From positions 957,858-1,021,857 of the forward strand of contig OZ250139.1 in the NCBI GenBank assembly GCA_965237405.1: a stretch of DNA of 64,000 nt. Reading direction: 5' to 3'. Of this stretch, positions 38,878 to 50,154 are shown piece by piece (position 1 is the first letter of the stretch; each line of letters starts with the position of its first letter). Both the position numbers and the translations under genes were made by a program. The DNA is from Vicinamibacterales bacterium (GTDB lineage Bacteria > Acidobacteriota > Vicinamibacteria > Vicinamibacterales > UBA8438). Under the pieces are notes generated by a model. It made no database searches and was not told the DNA's origin. It saw only the letters and a program-made list of their open reading frames with translations.

Positions 38878-39145
38878 AAGTGATTACCTTCAAACCACTG
38901 TCCAAGAACCCTGGGGCGGTACACCTATCGCTAGTCTGGACACACCCTAACATGAGACGACATCGTCGAATCTACGACAGCATGCGCCATCAGGCGTTAC
39001 GTGTTAGACGACCGTCGGGAACCTGCCGATACTCGTTTCCGGTCTAAATCCGCGCGAAAAACCAGCATGATATCAGATGGGTTGCATATTGAAAGGCAAG
39101 CGGTAAAGAACGTGTCTAAGAGCCAAAAGCCCCTAGGATAGTGAG

Positions 39146-39997
39146 ATGAGCGACATCGAATCGTTGGCGGACATCCTTAAGGAAATTGCCACGACCTTGC
39201 AGATAGAACGCCCCTTGGCGGTAGTCGATGTGGAAACCACAGGCACGTGGCCAAAACACGACCGAATTGTTCAAATCGCATTTGCGACCGTACAGCCTAA
39301 TCTGAGTATTGCCGAGGACGATACGTTAATCAATCCCGAGATGCCGATCCCCGCCGAAGCGACGAGCATTCATGGTATCAACGATGAGGCTGTGGTGGGA
39401 GCGCCGACCTTTCGATCAAAGGCATCCTCACTATCTCAAGCATTGGCTGGCCACGATTTCATTGGGTACAACTTCGGATTCGATCGGGACATGCTTCAGT
39501 CTGAATTCAACCGATCGAACGTACCATTTTCTTTCACGGGAGCACGGGTAATTGATCCCCTCATTCTTTGGCAGCGTCTTGAACCGCGTTCGCTACGTGA
39601 TGCTGCGACGCGGTTTATCGGGAGTCAGCCGGACTATTCCCACCGGGCTGATGCTGACATTGACACGACAGCTCGTGTACTGATCAGTCAACTAAGAGAT
39701 CATGGTGGCACTGAACAACTTCCGAAATCCGTGAAAGGATTGTCCTCAGTGCGAATCGACCGTGACACTAATTCTCTAGATGCCGGTGGAAAGATTAAAT
39801 GGCGTGATGGCGCAGCCAGACTTAACTTTGGTAAACATAGAGGACTCAAACTCCAAGAAATCCGTGATCAACACCCTGGCTATCTTGAGTGGATTTTGAC
39901 GGGGGACTTTCCAGATGACGTGAAGGAAATCATTTCTTCAGCGTTGGCTGGAAACTATCCGTTGGAACCGATGATCGTGAATCGTCATCGACCCTGA
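39146..39997 (+). CDS. DEDDh (DnaQ-like) 3'-5' exonuclease with ExoX-like C-terminal domain
   Basis: Exo I VVDVETTG, Exo II GYNFGFDRDML and Exo III HRADADID. The C-terminal FGKHRGLKLQEIRDQHPGYLEWIL motif resembles the ExoX-like/QSregVF_b-type tail. Confidence 0.78.
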   Translation: MSDIESLADILKEIATTLQIERPLAVVDVETTGTWPKHDRIVQIAFATVQPNLSIAEDDTLINPEMPIPAEATSIHGINDEAVVGAPTFRSKASSLSQALAGHDFIGYNFGFDRDMLQSEFNRSNVPFSFTGARVIDPLILWQRLEPRSLRDAATRFIGSQPDYSHRADADIDTTARVLISQLRDHGGTEQLPKSVKGLSSVRIDRDTNSLDAGGKIKWRDGAARLNFGKHRGLKLQEIRDQHPGYLEWILTGDFPDDVKEIISSALAGNYPLEPMIVNRHRP

Positions 39998-40400
39998 TAC
40001 CTTGGTAGAGAGAAAATGGTGAGTCCTTCCCCTCGCGAGGTAACCGACAATAATCAACCGTCGACTGTGTTTGAAACATGAACGCTAAAATTCTCCTACA
40101 GGTGGGCCGAGACACCAGTCGTGCACGTCAGTTTTAGCGCGGTGTAGCCGCAACAGGTGACAGCGTTGAGGGAATGATGAATGGCGTACGAGACGTCACC
40201 CGGACTCCGTTGACACCGATCAGAGTCTATGTCTCCAAACTCTGAGACGATTACGAAAGTAAGTGTCGGAACTGGCACCACGGAAGTAGCAGGGAATCGA
40301 GCGTGGAGCGAGGTCGTCGTCTTCGTGTTCGCGATCCTAGCGACTGTGACGGTGAAGGTTCCTCAACTCTTTGGCATCCCGATTGACGAGGAGTTCGGCC

Positions 40401-40501
40401 CCTCTGCCGTTCATTGGTGTAGTTGTCCTTTGCGGCGAGAACGAATCCATGAACGCCTAACCTCCCCGATGCGAGACGACCACACCAATGAACGGCAGAG
40501 G
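40401..40501. repeat. Perfect 20-bp inverted repeat pair separated by 61 nt
   Basis: CCTCTGCCGTTCATTGGTGT (40401-40420) is the exact reverse complement of ACACCAATGAACGGCAGAGG (40482-40501). Confidence 0.9.
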
Positions 40502-40509
40502 TGTCTAGT

Positions 40510-40559
40510 CTGCAGCGGACCGGCCGGCTGCAGCGTTGCCGACTAGTCGGCAACGCTGC
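40510..40559. repeat. Nested palindromes, including a perfect 30-bp palindrome
   Basis: CTGCAGC(40510-16)/GCTGCAG(40527-33) surrounds CCGGCCGG. GCAGCGTTGCCGAC-TA-GTCGGCAACGCTGC spans 40530-40559. Confidence 0.9.
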
Positions 40560-40670
40560 CCAGCGAATTGAAGCGTTTTGAGCGATGTAGGCAGTACTTA
40601 GGCAGCACAGGCGCCACCGCTGATCGCGGCTGATTCCAAAACCGGCTTGTTTCTTAGAGTTTCTGAGGAT

Positions 40671-40747
<77 letters not shown>

Positions 40748-40771
40748 TCACGCGTACACTAAAAGCATTTG

Positions 40772-40801
40772 ATGCTAGCATGCAGTTTCTGGCTCGGTCA
40801 A
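40772..40801 (-). promoter_or_regulatory. Candidate sigma-70 promoter for the tRNA
   Basis: The minus strand reads TTGACC-18 nt-TAGCAT, about 24 nt upstream of tRNA position 1. The 18-nt spacing is slightly long. Confidence 0.3.
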
Positions 40802-40819
40802 CGAGAGAGGGAACATCTA

Positions 40820-41170
40820 CTAACGTGGACGCCGAGGCGTATCGTTGAAAATGAACACCAGCTCACCGGGGGCTATGAGCCCAAGTTCACCACGAGCGAC
40901 CTCCTCCACAGCTCGTGGATCCGACCTAAAACGACGCGCTTGGACCCTAAGTGTTTCGTTGTGGATCTTTAGCCGTTCGACGTCGAAAACGAGTCTCTGG
41001 TACTGCCGACGTGCCTTCACAGAATCGACGAGTCCGGCGTCGCCTACCACCGCGTTGATCACGAAGATACACGCCCCAAACAACACCGCCCATCTAATTG
41101 CGCGTATGACCCCAGGACTCGGCCTGGAGAACAAGGGTGGCCGCTTGGTCTTTAATTTTTGCGCATTCAC
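40820..41170 (-). CDS. ftsB: Septum formation initiator family protein (FtsB/DivIC-like)
   Basis: One N-terminal TM segment (AIRWAVLFGACIFVINAVVG), a coiled coil, and a C-terminal EEVARGELGLIAPGELVFIF motif. GTG start. Confidence 0.72.
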   Translation of the reverse strand: MNAQKLKTKRPPLFSRPSPGVIRAIRWAVLFGACIFVINAVVGDAGLVDSVKARRQYQRLVFDVERLKIHNETLRVQARRFRSDPRAVEEVARGELGLIAPGELVFIFNDTPRRPR

Positions 41171-41200
41171 AAAAGAATAGTTTCGGCACGAGGAATTGAA

Positions 41201-41569
41201 ATGATTAGAGGTAACGACTCAGACGTGGTCGTGGTTTGGACGACGTTTCCAGCGGACGGTGACGTTGAATCGTTCGGTCGAGCCCTCGTTAGCGAGGATC
41301 TTGCGGCTTGCGTAACAGCGGGTGGTGACGCACTGTCGATCTATATGTGGAATTCATCGGTTCACGTAGTAAACGAACGTCCGATCACCATCAAGACCAC
41401 CGCGCACCGTGTAGCACGGTTGCAGCGACGGATCGCCGAGCTTCATCCGTACGACGTTCCAGAGTTTCTCGTCCTTGCTGTCCAGGGCGGCAGCGCTGGC
41501 TATCTCGACTGGGTTCGATCATCCGTGTCACCCAGCCACACAGCTGACATTAAGCCTGATTCAAACTAG
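41201..41569 (+). CDS. cutA: Divalent-cation tolerance protein CutA
   Basis: VVVWTTFP...LAACVT...SIYMWNSSV...ELHPYDVPEF. AGGAA RBS before the ATG at 41201. Confidence 0.8.
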   Translation: MIRGNDSDVVVVWTTFPADGDVESFGRALVSEDLAACVTAGGDALSIYMWNSSVHVVNERPITIKTTAHRVARLQRRIAELHPYDVPEFLVLAVQGGSAGYLDWVRSSVSPSHTADIKPDSN

Positions 41570-41590
41570 GTAGAACGTGGCCTGGCACAG

Positions 41591-42211
41591 TTAGGGATAT
41601 CTAAGAACCAGGAAGCCGCCAATCAGAAGTACGAAGAACAGGAGAGCAGCCCAATCGAAGTTCTGGTCCAAACTCTGTCGAATCCGAACTCCGAACACCC
41701 GGAGAAGGCCGGCCACGAGAAGGAAACGCACGGTCCGGCCAATGAGACTGACGATCAGGAATGGACCAATGGGCATTCCGATCGCCCCGGACGCGATGGT
41801 CGCGACCTTGAATGGAATCGGTGTAAACGCAGCTGCAGCCAAGAACCACGTACCCCAGATCTCCGCCAGAGCTACGAAACGATCCCAGCTGTGCTGGGTA
41901 CCGTAGAAGTCGATAATTGGCTGACCCACCGTGACCATCAGTCCAGAGCCAATGGCGTATCCAATCCAGGCACCGATCAATGAACCGACCGAACACGTTG
42001 CGGCGGCGACGAGCCACCGCAACGGGTTTGCCACAACGATAGCGATCAGGAGCACATCGGGTGGAACAGGAAAGATCGACGACTCTGTAAGCGCAATCAA
42101 AAAGAGCGCCACCAACCCTTGAGGGGTATCGGCCCAGTGAATCGTCCAGTCATATGCCTGTCGAACCCATCGACGAGGCACATCCACGATTGTCTGAAGA
42201 AGGGGCATCAA
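41591..42211 (-). CDS. YqaA/DedA-family membrane protein
   Basis: LTESSIFPVPPDVLLIAIV motif and 4-5 TM helices. Confidence 0.72.
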   Translation of the reverse strand: MMPLLQTIVDVPRRWVRQAYDWTIHWADTPQGLVALFLIALTESSIFPVPPDVLLIAIVVANPLRWLVAAATCSVGSLIGAWIGYAIGSGLMVTVGQPIIDFYGTQHSWDRFVALAEIWGTWFLAAAAFTPIPFKVATIASGAIGMPIGPFLIVSLIGRTVRFLLVAGLLRVFGVRIRQSLDQNFDWAALLFFVLLIGGFLVLRYP

Positions 42212-42228
42212 TCCGCAAGTCCACTCAT

Positions 42229-42253
42229 GGCATCCGCATCACATGCGGATGCC
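42229..42253. repeat. Perfect 11-bp-arm palindrome/hairpin (3-nt centre)
   Basis: GGCATCCGCAT-CAC-ATGCGGATGCC, 18 nt upstream of the yqaA-like start, in the 208-nt divergent gap with rnc. Confidence 0.85.
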
Positions 42254-42419
42254 TGTACGATACAACCGAGGCCCGGGGGAGAAAAGAGTGTCTCGGTGGT
42301 CATTGGACTCATCCGTATGGTATCCCTTGGCATTTTTTCGTCCGTCGACTGGCTCGACTCCAGTTGACTTGCGTTGACTTGTGCGACCAGATCATCGGCT
42401 AATTGGGGAAGCAGGCTAA

Positions 42420-43376
42420 GTGACCACAGACAGCGGGCTCGCCATCATCTTGCGCACCAATTCGGATATTGAAGCCAGCGTGGTCCGCAGCCTGCTGGAA
42501 GCTCAAGGCATCCATGTTCTCACGGCCTCAGATGTACCACACTCGGTCTTGCCCCTAACGGTTGCCGGCCTCGGCGAGGTTCGACTCTCGGTTCGCCAGG
42601 AGATGGTAGAGGTAGCAACGCGCGTGATCGCCGACTATCGCGATGAGCTTGCGATGCAGAGGATACAGAAGACTGAGGCGCTCGCTGAACTCGAGGCGAC
42701 CCTCTGCTACACGTTCCACGACAAGGGACTACTCGAAGATTCCCTAACGCATCGCTCGCGGGCCAACGAAGAAGAAAGCGGAGGGGTCGTCGACAATGAG
42801 TCTCTCGAATTTTTGGGTGATTCTGTGCTTGGACTCGTCATCTCGGACCGACTCTTTCGAGAATTCCCAAACTACAATGAGGGACAAAAGTCGAAAATGC
42901 GAGCGCAGCTGGTCTCGGCACAGACACTCGCACGAATCGGTGAACAGATCGGCCTTGGCAGGCACCTACTCCTCGGTCGCGGAGAAGAGAAGACCGGCGG
43001 GCGTTCGAAGCCATCGCTCTTGGCGGATGGTTTAGAGGCGGTCGTCGCGGCCATCTACCTGGACGGGGGTCTCGTCAACGCCGAACAGTTTATCGGACGA
43101 GTGTTTCGTCCAGCGTTTGAGGATGTCCGCGCGGGTCGAGTCGTGCATGGAGGAGCCAGAGACCATAAATCAACATTGCAGGAGTGGCTCCATGCGCACG
43201 GCCGTCCAACTCCGGCGTACGCACTCGTCGCAGAACAAGGGCCTGGCCATGACAAGACATTCGAAGTTGAGGTCCGGGTCGGAGACCAATCAGTGGGTCG
43301 GGCTGAGGGCCGCAGCAAGAAGGAGGCGGAACAACGAGCCGCCGAGCGCGCCATCGCGGCTCTGCTCAGTCCCTAG
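42420..43376 (+). CDS. rnc: Ribonuclease III with in-frame N-terminal DUF2007-like extension
   Basis: RNase III signature ESLEFLGDSVLGLVISDRLF, plus a C-terminal dsRBD (KSTLQEWLHAHGRPTPAY...FEVEVRV...GRSKKEAEQRAAERA). About 78 extra N-terminal residues lie in the same frame with no stop. An alternative start lies at ATG 42654. Confidence 0.88.
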   Translation: MTTDSGLAIILRTNSDIEASVVRSLLEAQGIHVLTASDVPHSVLPLTVAGLGEVRLSVRQEMVEVATRVIADYRDELAMQRIQKTEALAELEATLCYTFHDKGLLEDSLTHRSRANEEESGGVVDNESLEFLGDSVLGLVISDRLFREFPNYNEGQKSKMRAQLVSAQTLARIGEQIGLGRHLLLGRGEEKTGGRSKPSLLADGLEAVVAAIYLDGGLVNAEQFIGRVFRPAFEDVRAGRVVHGGARDHKSTLQEWLHAHGRPTPAYALVAEQGPGHDKTFEVEVRVGDQSVGRAEGRSKKEAEQRAAERAIAALLSP

Positions 43377-43389
43377 ATGTAACCTGTTG

Positions 43390-44571
43390 CTAGTCAATTT
43401 CGATGATGCTCCATGCCTTGTCGTCCGTGATCGGCTCGGTCACGCGACGAGTTCCGGAAGGTAGAGGAGACGGCTCCATAAACGGTAGCCGCAAAACCGC
43501 GTATTCCTGCACTTCTCGGGAGAGTTCCTCTTCGGTCGGTGAGGCGGGACGGCAATACAGACGCACCCAGAGTCGGAGCAGCGGGTCGGCAAACGAGTAA
43601 CGTTTCTTCCGCACGCTGATAAGGTCGACGTCTTCGAGCCAGGTCAAGTAGTCTTTGGTCGACCCTGGGGTTCGACGCAAACGATGGGCGATTTCGGTTA
43701 GCGTGAAGGGTTCTTCCTTAGCCAGAATCTGGAGAATAGCCTTTAGCGCACCGTAGCCTCGTGCGCGATGCAGTCGAAGCTCGTAAGAGAATCGGCACAC
43801 TAGCCAGAGAGGCGCGTCTACCTCCAGTTGACTAGCCAGGGCGCTCACCGGATCACCACTGCTCGCCCCGTCCATCGACCTCAGTGCCTCAGTAAGGGTC
43901 CGAACGTAGGTTGGACGACCGTTGGTCAGAGCATGAATCATCCGACTTAGATCATTCCGCTCCGCATCATCACGGCCAACGCCGTGGCGCATAAGTGTTG
44001 CCGCGACTTCAACCGGCGAAAGCATGGGAACATAGATGACCTCAAATCGAGCCGAGGCATCTCGGAACAGTCGATGAGCTCGGCTCGCGTAGCGCGTTGT
44101 CAGCACGAACCGATTTGAACATTTGGTGAACGCGTCGATGATTTCGCGAACAACGCCGCGAAGTCCAGGAAAGCTCTCGAAGGTGCGCAACTCAAGAATT
44201 TCATCAATCAAGAAGATCGGACTGGTATTGGACGGCCCTACCGACTCTTGGAGGTATCGCACCAGGGTCTCGAATGCCGTCCGTGCATCACTCATCGACC
44301 CCTTAAAATCAACGACCTGGTTCTGCCCGGGCGAGCCCCTCAACATGTACGGTGAATCGCGCATTACCGCGGTGCAGAAACCCTCCGGTGTCGAAGCGGC
44401 GCGCTCGATATCAAAGTAATGGCTGCCGCGGTCACCCAGACGTTGCGACACCCGGCGGAGCAGCGACGTACGACCAGTCCCGCAACCGCCGAGAAGCACC
44501 GGTATACGTGCTGGGGTTGCGTTAAGAGCAGCGAGTATCCGGTGTTCGATGACGGGCCGCTCGGGAATCAC
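43390..44571 (-). CDS. Orphan AAA-type ATPase (archaeal-ATPase/DUF234-like) with C-terminal winged-helix domain
   Basis: P-loop-like LLGGCGTGRTSLL (Arg where Lys is expected), Walker B IFLIDEILEL, and a C-terminal wHTH-like FTLTEIAHRLRRTPGSTKDYLTWLEDVDLI. Confidence 0.6.
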   Translation of the reverse strand: MIPERPVIEHRILAALNATPARIPVLLGGCGTGRTSLLRRVSQRLGDRGSHYFDIERAASTPEGFCTAVMRDSPYMLRGSPGQNQVVDFKGSMSDARTAFETLVRYLQESVGPSNTSPIFLIDEILELRTFESFPGLRGVVREIIDAFTKCSNRFVLTTRYASRAHRLFRDASARFEVIYVPMLSPVEVAATLMRHGVGRDDAERNDLSRMIHALTNGRPTYVRTLTEALRSMDGASSGDPVSALASQLEVDAPLWLVCRFSYELRLHRARGYGALKAILQILAKEEPFTLTEIAHRLRRTPGSTKDYLTWLEDVDLISVRKKRYSFADPLLRLWVRLYCRPASPTEEELSREVQEYAVLRLPFMEPSPLPSGTRRVTEPITDDKAWSIIEID

Positions 44572-44808
44572 GTTTAACCTTCGACCTGTGGACCGCCTAA
44601 CACTACTGGAACCTCTACAAAAATCGGTGTGCGCGAAGAACCTAGACGATATGGAAGGGCGCGCAGGTTGTCAATTCGAATCACGACCCCATGAAAAGGT
44701 TTTCCTTTGGTTAAGAACGCTTGACTTCTAGTGCAAGAGTTTGTCCGAAAGGCTAGTTGCAGCGGGCTTGTAAATCGTTGGGGATGGCTGTTCTGCTATG
44801 ATCTCTAA

Positions 44809-47963
<3,155 letters not shown>

Positions 47964-47969
47964 ATACAA

Positions 47970-48362
47970 CTAGGGGAGTCCCACGTACTCCTGTTTCGTC
48001 ACCTTCTCGAACCACTCCGTCTTTGAGTCGATGTTGAGTGCCAAGTGGACCATGTCTCTATCTGGTGTGGCGCCGTGCCAATGCCGTTCGCCCGCTTCGA
48101 TCCGAATGGCCCCTCCAACGCCAACCTCCCAGATAGGCTCACCGTGTTTCTGACCGCGACAACTTCCCTCGATAATTAGCAGAACTTGCGTTCCTGTGTG
48201 CGTGTGCCAAGCGGTTCTAGCACCCGGTGTAAACGCGACTCGGTACATATTCACCGTTGGAGTATCCGAGAGACCGTCGAATCGGGCCATCGTGGCGGAG
48301 CCCGTAAACGTGGTCGGATCTACCGGTTGGTCCGGATGAGCCGTAGCCTCGAAGAACTCCAT
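47970..48362 (-). CDS. Cupin-domain protein
   Basis: A cupin_2-like core (GARTAWHTHTGTQVLLIIEGSCR...GGAIRIEAGERHWHGA). The ATG at 48362 is preferred and removes the overlap with lctP. Confidence 0.6.
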   Translation of the reverse strand: MEFFEATAHPDQPVDPTTFTGSATMARFDGLSDTPTVNMYRVAFTPGARTAWHTHTGTQVLLIIEGSCRGQKHGEPIWEVGVGGAIRIEAGERHWHGATPDRDMVHLALNIDSKTEWFEKVTKQEYVGLP

Positions 48363-48369
48363 GTAACAC

Positions 48370-50154
48370 CTACGAGCTAGCAGACGGAGTGCGCCCGCCA
48401 TGTTTAACTATGAAGAAAACAGCGGTAGCCGCTATTAGCGTTGCGATAACGGAGCCCACGTTGATCGGGCCGGTTTGGGAGTACCAAACGATGAAGTAAC
48501 CAATCGACCCAGGCAGCAGGGCATAGTAGACGAAAGGGATGAGGGTCATGCGAATAACCGATCCCTCCCGACCTAGCAACCCAACAACCGCCGACGCCGC
48601 AACGACGTTGTGAACACAAATCATGTTTCCCGCAGCTCCGCCCACGGCCTGAAGGGCGACGATCCAGGTTGGGTCAACGGCGATCCGCTCACCCATCCCG
48701 AACTGAAAGAGAGAGAACATCATGTTGCTGACGGTGTTGCTACCCGCTACCGCCGCCCCGATTCCGCCGATAAAGGGCGCGAAAAGTGGCCACGCACCGC
48801 CCACGAGCGCGGCAATTCCATCGGCCAGAACGATTGGCATCCGCTCGTAGCCGGCCGAGCCGCCTGTACTGTTGAGGAACACTTGTACCATCGGCACCGT
48901 GAAAACGAGCGCAATAGAAGCCGATGCAGTCACCTTCAGTGATGTGGTCCAAGCCTTCCTGTAGGCTGCCCCCCGGATCTGATGCAGCACCAGCGTAATT
49001 AGCGAGGTGGCAATGAAGAGCGTGCCTGGCAGGTACAGGGGCTGAACTGAATTCATGTTGATGCTGCTCCCCAGCATGCTGGGCCAGCTCAACGTCACTG
49101 ACTGGAGGAAGGCTTTGAAAGGGTCGACCATACGGGACGATAGGAGCAGCAACGCTACGATAACGTAGGGCAGCCACGCACTAAAAATGCTCATTGAACC
49201 GCTGTGGTGCGTGACTTCCCTTACCTCGACGGAGCCGGTCCATTCAGCGGGCCAACTCTCCTTCTGATCGAAGTCCCAGGCATTCTCCGGCTTGGGCACC
49301 AAGAAGCCTGCGCGCGCCGCCGACACCACGATGACCAAGCCAACGATGCTGCCGGTTAGTGCGGGAAACTCTGGCCCAAAAAGGTATGCTGCAATGACGT
49401 ACGGAATAGTCATAGCGAGTGCTGCGAAGATCGCGAAGGGCCAGACCTGTAGCCCCTCGGCCAGTGATTTGTTTCGCCCAAAGAACTTAGTCAAAAACGA
49501 GACCAGGATGAGCGGCACCAATGTGCCCGCAATGGCATGGAGGATCGCAACCTTCAGACCAATGAAGGCCAGGAAATCATTCCACTCCGCGTACCCTCTC
49601 CCTGCGGCGTACACCGCGATTGCCGGGTCGGCCGAGAGCCCAGTATTAACGCCGACTAAAATCGGCGTACCCAGTGCGCCAAAGCTTACCGGGGTGCTCT
49701 GGATAATCATGCCCGACATGACCGCTGCCATACCCGGGAATCCGAGACCGACCAAAAGGGGAACGGCCACCGCCGCCGGGGTGCCGAATCCGGCCGACGC
49801 CTCAATGAACGAACCAAACAACCACGCAATAATGATGACCTGGACTCGGCGGTCGGCCGAGATGGTCGTGAAGCCATCGCGGATCGTCTTGATAGCACCG
49901 CTCTCCTGCAGGGTGTTCAGTAACAGAATGGCGCCAAAAATAATGTAGAGAAGGGTCAGCGTAATGACTAAACCATTGATGGTGGCAGCCGCAACCTGCA
50001 CGAGGGGCACCTGCCACACCAACAGCGCGAGCACAAAGGCGACTGCATATGACAGGGGCATCGCCCGGCTGGCCGGCCACCTGAGACCAACGAGAAAAAC
50101 CGCAACTGTGATGATTGGAAGCAGCGCGAGTATGGTTAGAATTCCTGTATTCAT
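48370..50154 (-). CDS. lctP: L-lactate (glycolate) permease
   Basis: 594 aa and highly hydrophobic. The N-terminus [28 protein letters not shown] and the overall LctP-family layout support the call. Confidence 0.86.
   Translation of the reverse strand: MNTGILTILALLPIITVAVFLVGLRWPASRAMPLSYAVAFVLALLVWQVPLVQVAAATINGLVITLTLLYIIFGAILLLNTLQESGAIKTIRDGFTTISADRRVQVIIIAWLFGSFIEASAGFGTPAAVAVPLLVGLGFPGMAAVMSGMIIQSTPVSFGALGTPILVGVNTGLSADPAIAVYAAGRGYAEWNDFLAFIGLKVAILHAIAGTLVPLILVSFLTKFFGRNKSLAEGLQVWPFAIFAALAMTIPYVIAAYLFGPEFPALTGSIVGLVIVVSAARAGFLVPKPENAWDFDQKESWPAEWTGSVEVREVTHHSGSMSIFSAWLPYVIVALLLLSSRMVDPFKAFLQSVTLSWPSMLGSSINMNSVQPLYLPGTLFIATSLITLVLHQIRGAAYRKAWTTSLKVTASASIALVFTVPMVQVFLNSTGGSAGYERMPIVLADGIAALVGGAWPLFAPFIGGIGAAVAGSNTVSNMMFSLFQFGMGERIAVDPTWIVALQAVGGAAGNMICVHNVVAASAVVGLLGREGSVIRMTLIPFVYYALLPGSIGYFIVWYSQTGPINVGSVIATLIAATAVFFIVKHGGRTPSASS

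Larger units (their letters stand above)
37563..38923 (+). mobile_element. IS3-family insertion sequence (1361 bp) flanked by 4-bp CCTA target duplications
   Basis: Imperfect terminal inverted repeats start with TG: IRL TGGGGCGCCCCAGGGTTTTCTTGGACA, and the complement of IRR TGTACCGCCCCAGGGTTCTTGGACA. CCTA occurs at 37559-37562 and 38924-38927. It has two ORFs in 0/-1 frames, and the GC looks clearly higher than in the flanks. Confidence 0.85.

Noticed and set aside
40229-40553. Overlapping ORFs on both strands (105 and 100 aa) across the inverted-repeat cluster
   Set aside because: Their lengths are created by the palindromic DNA itself. There is no RBS and no motif, and they are mutually antisense. 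The repeats are the real feature.
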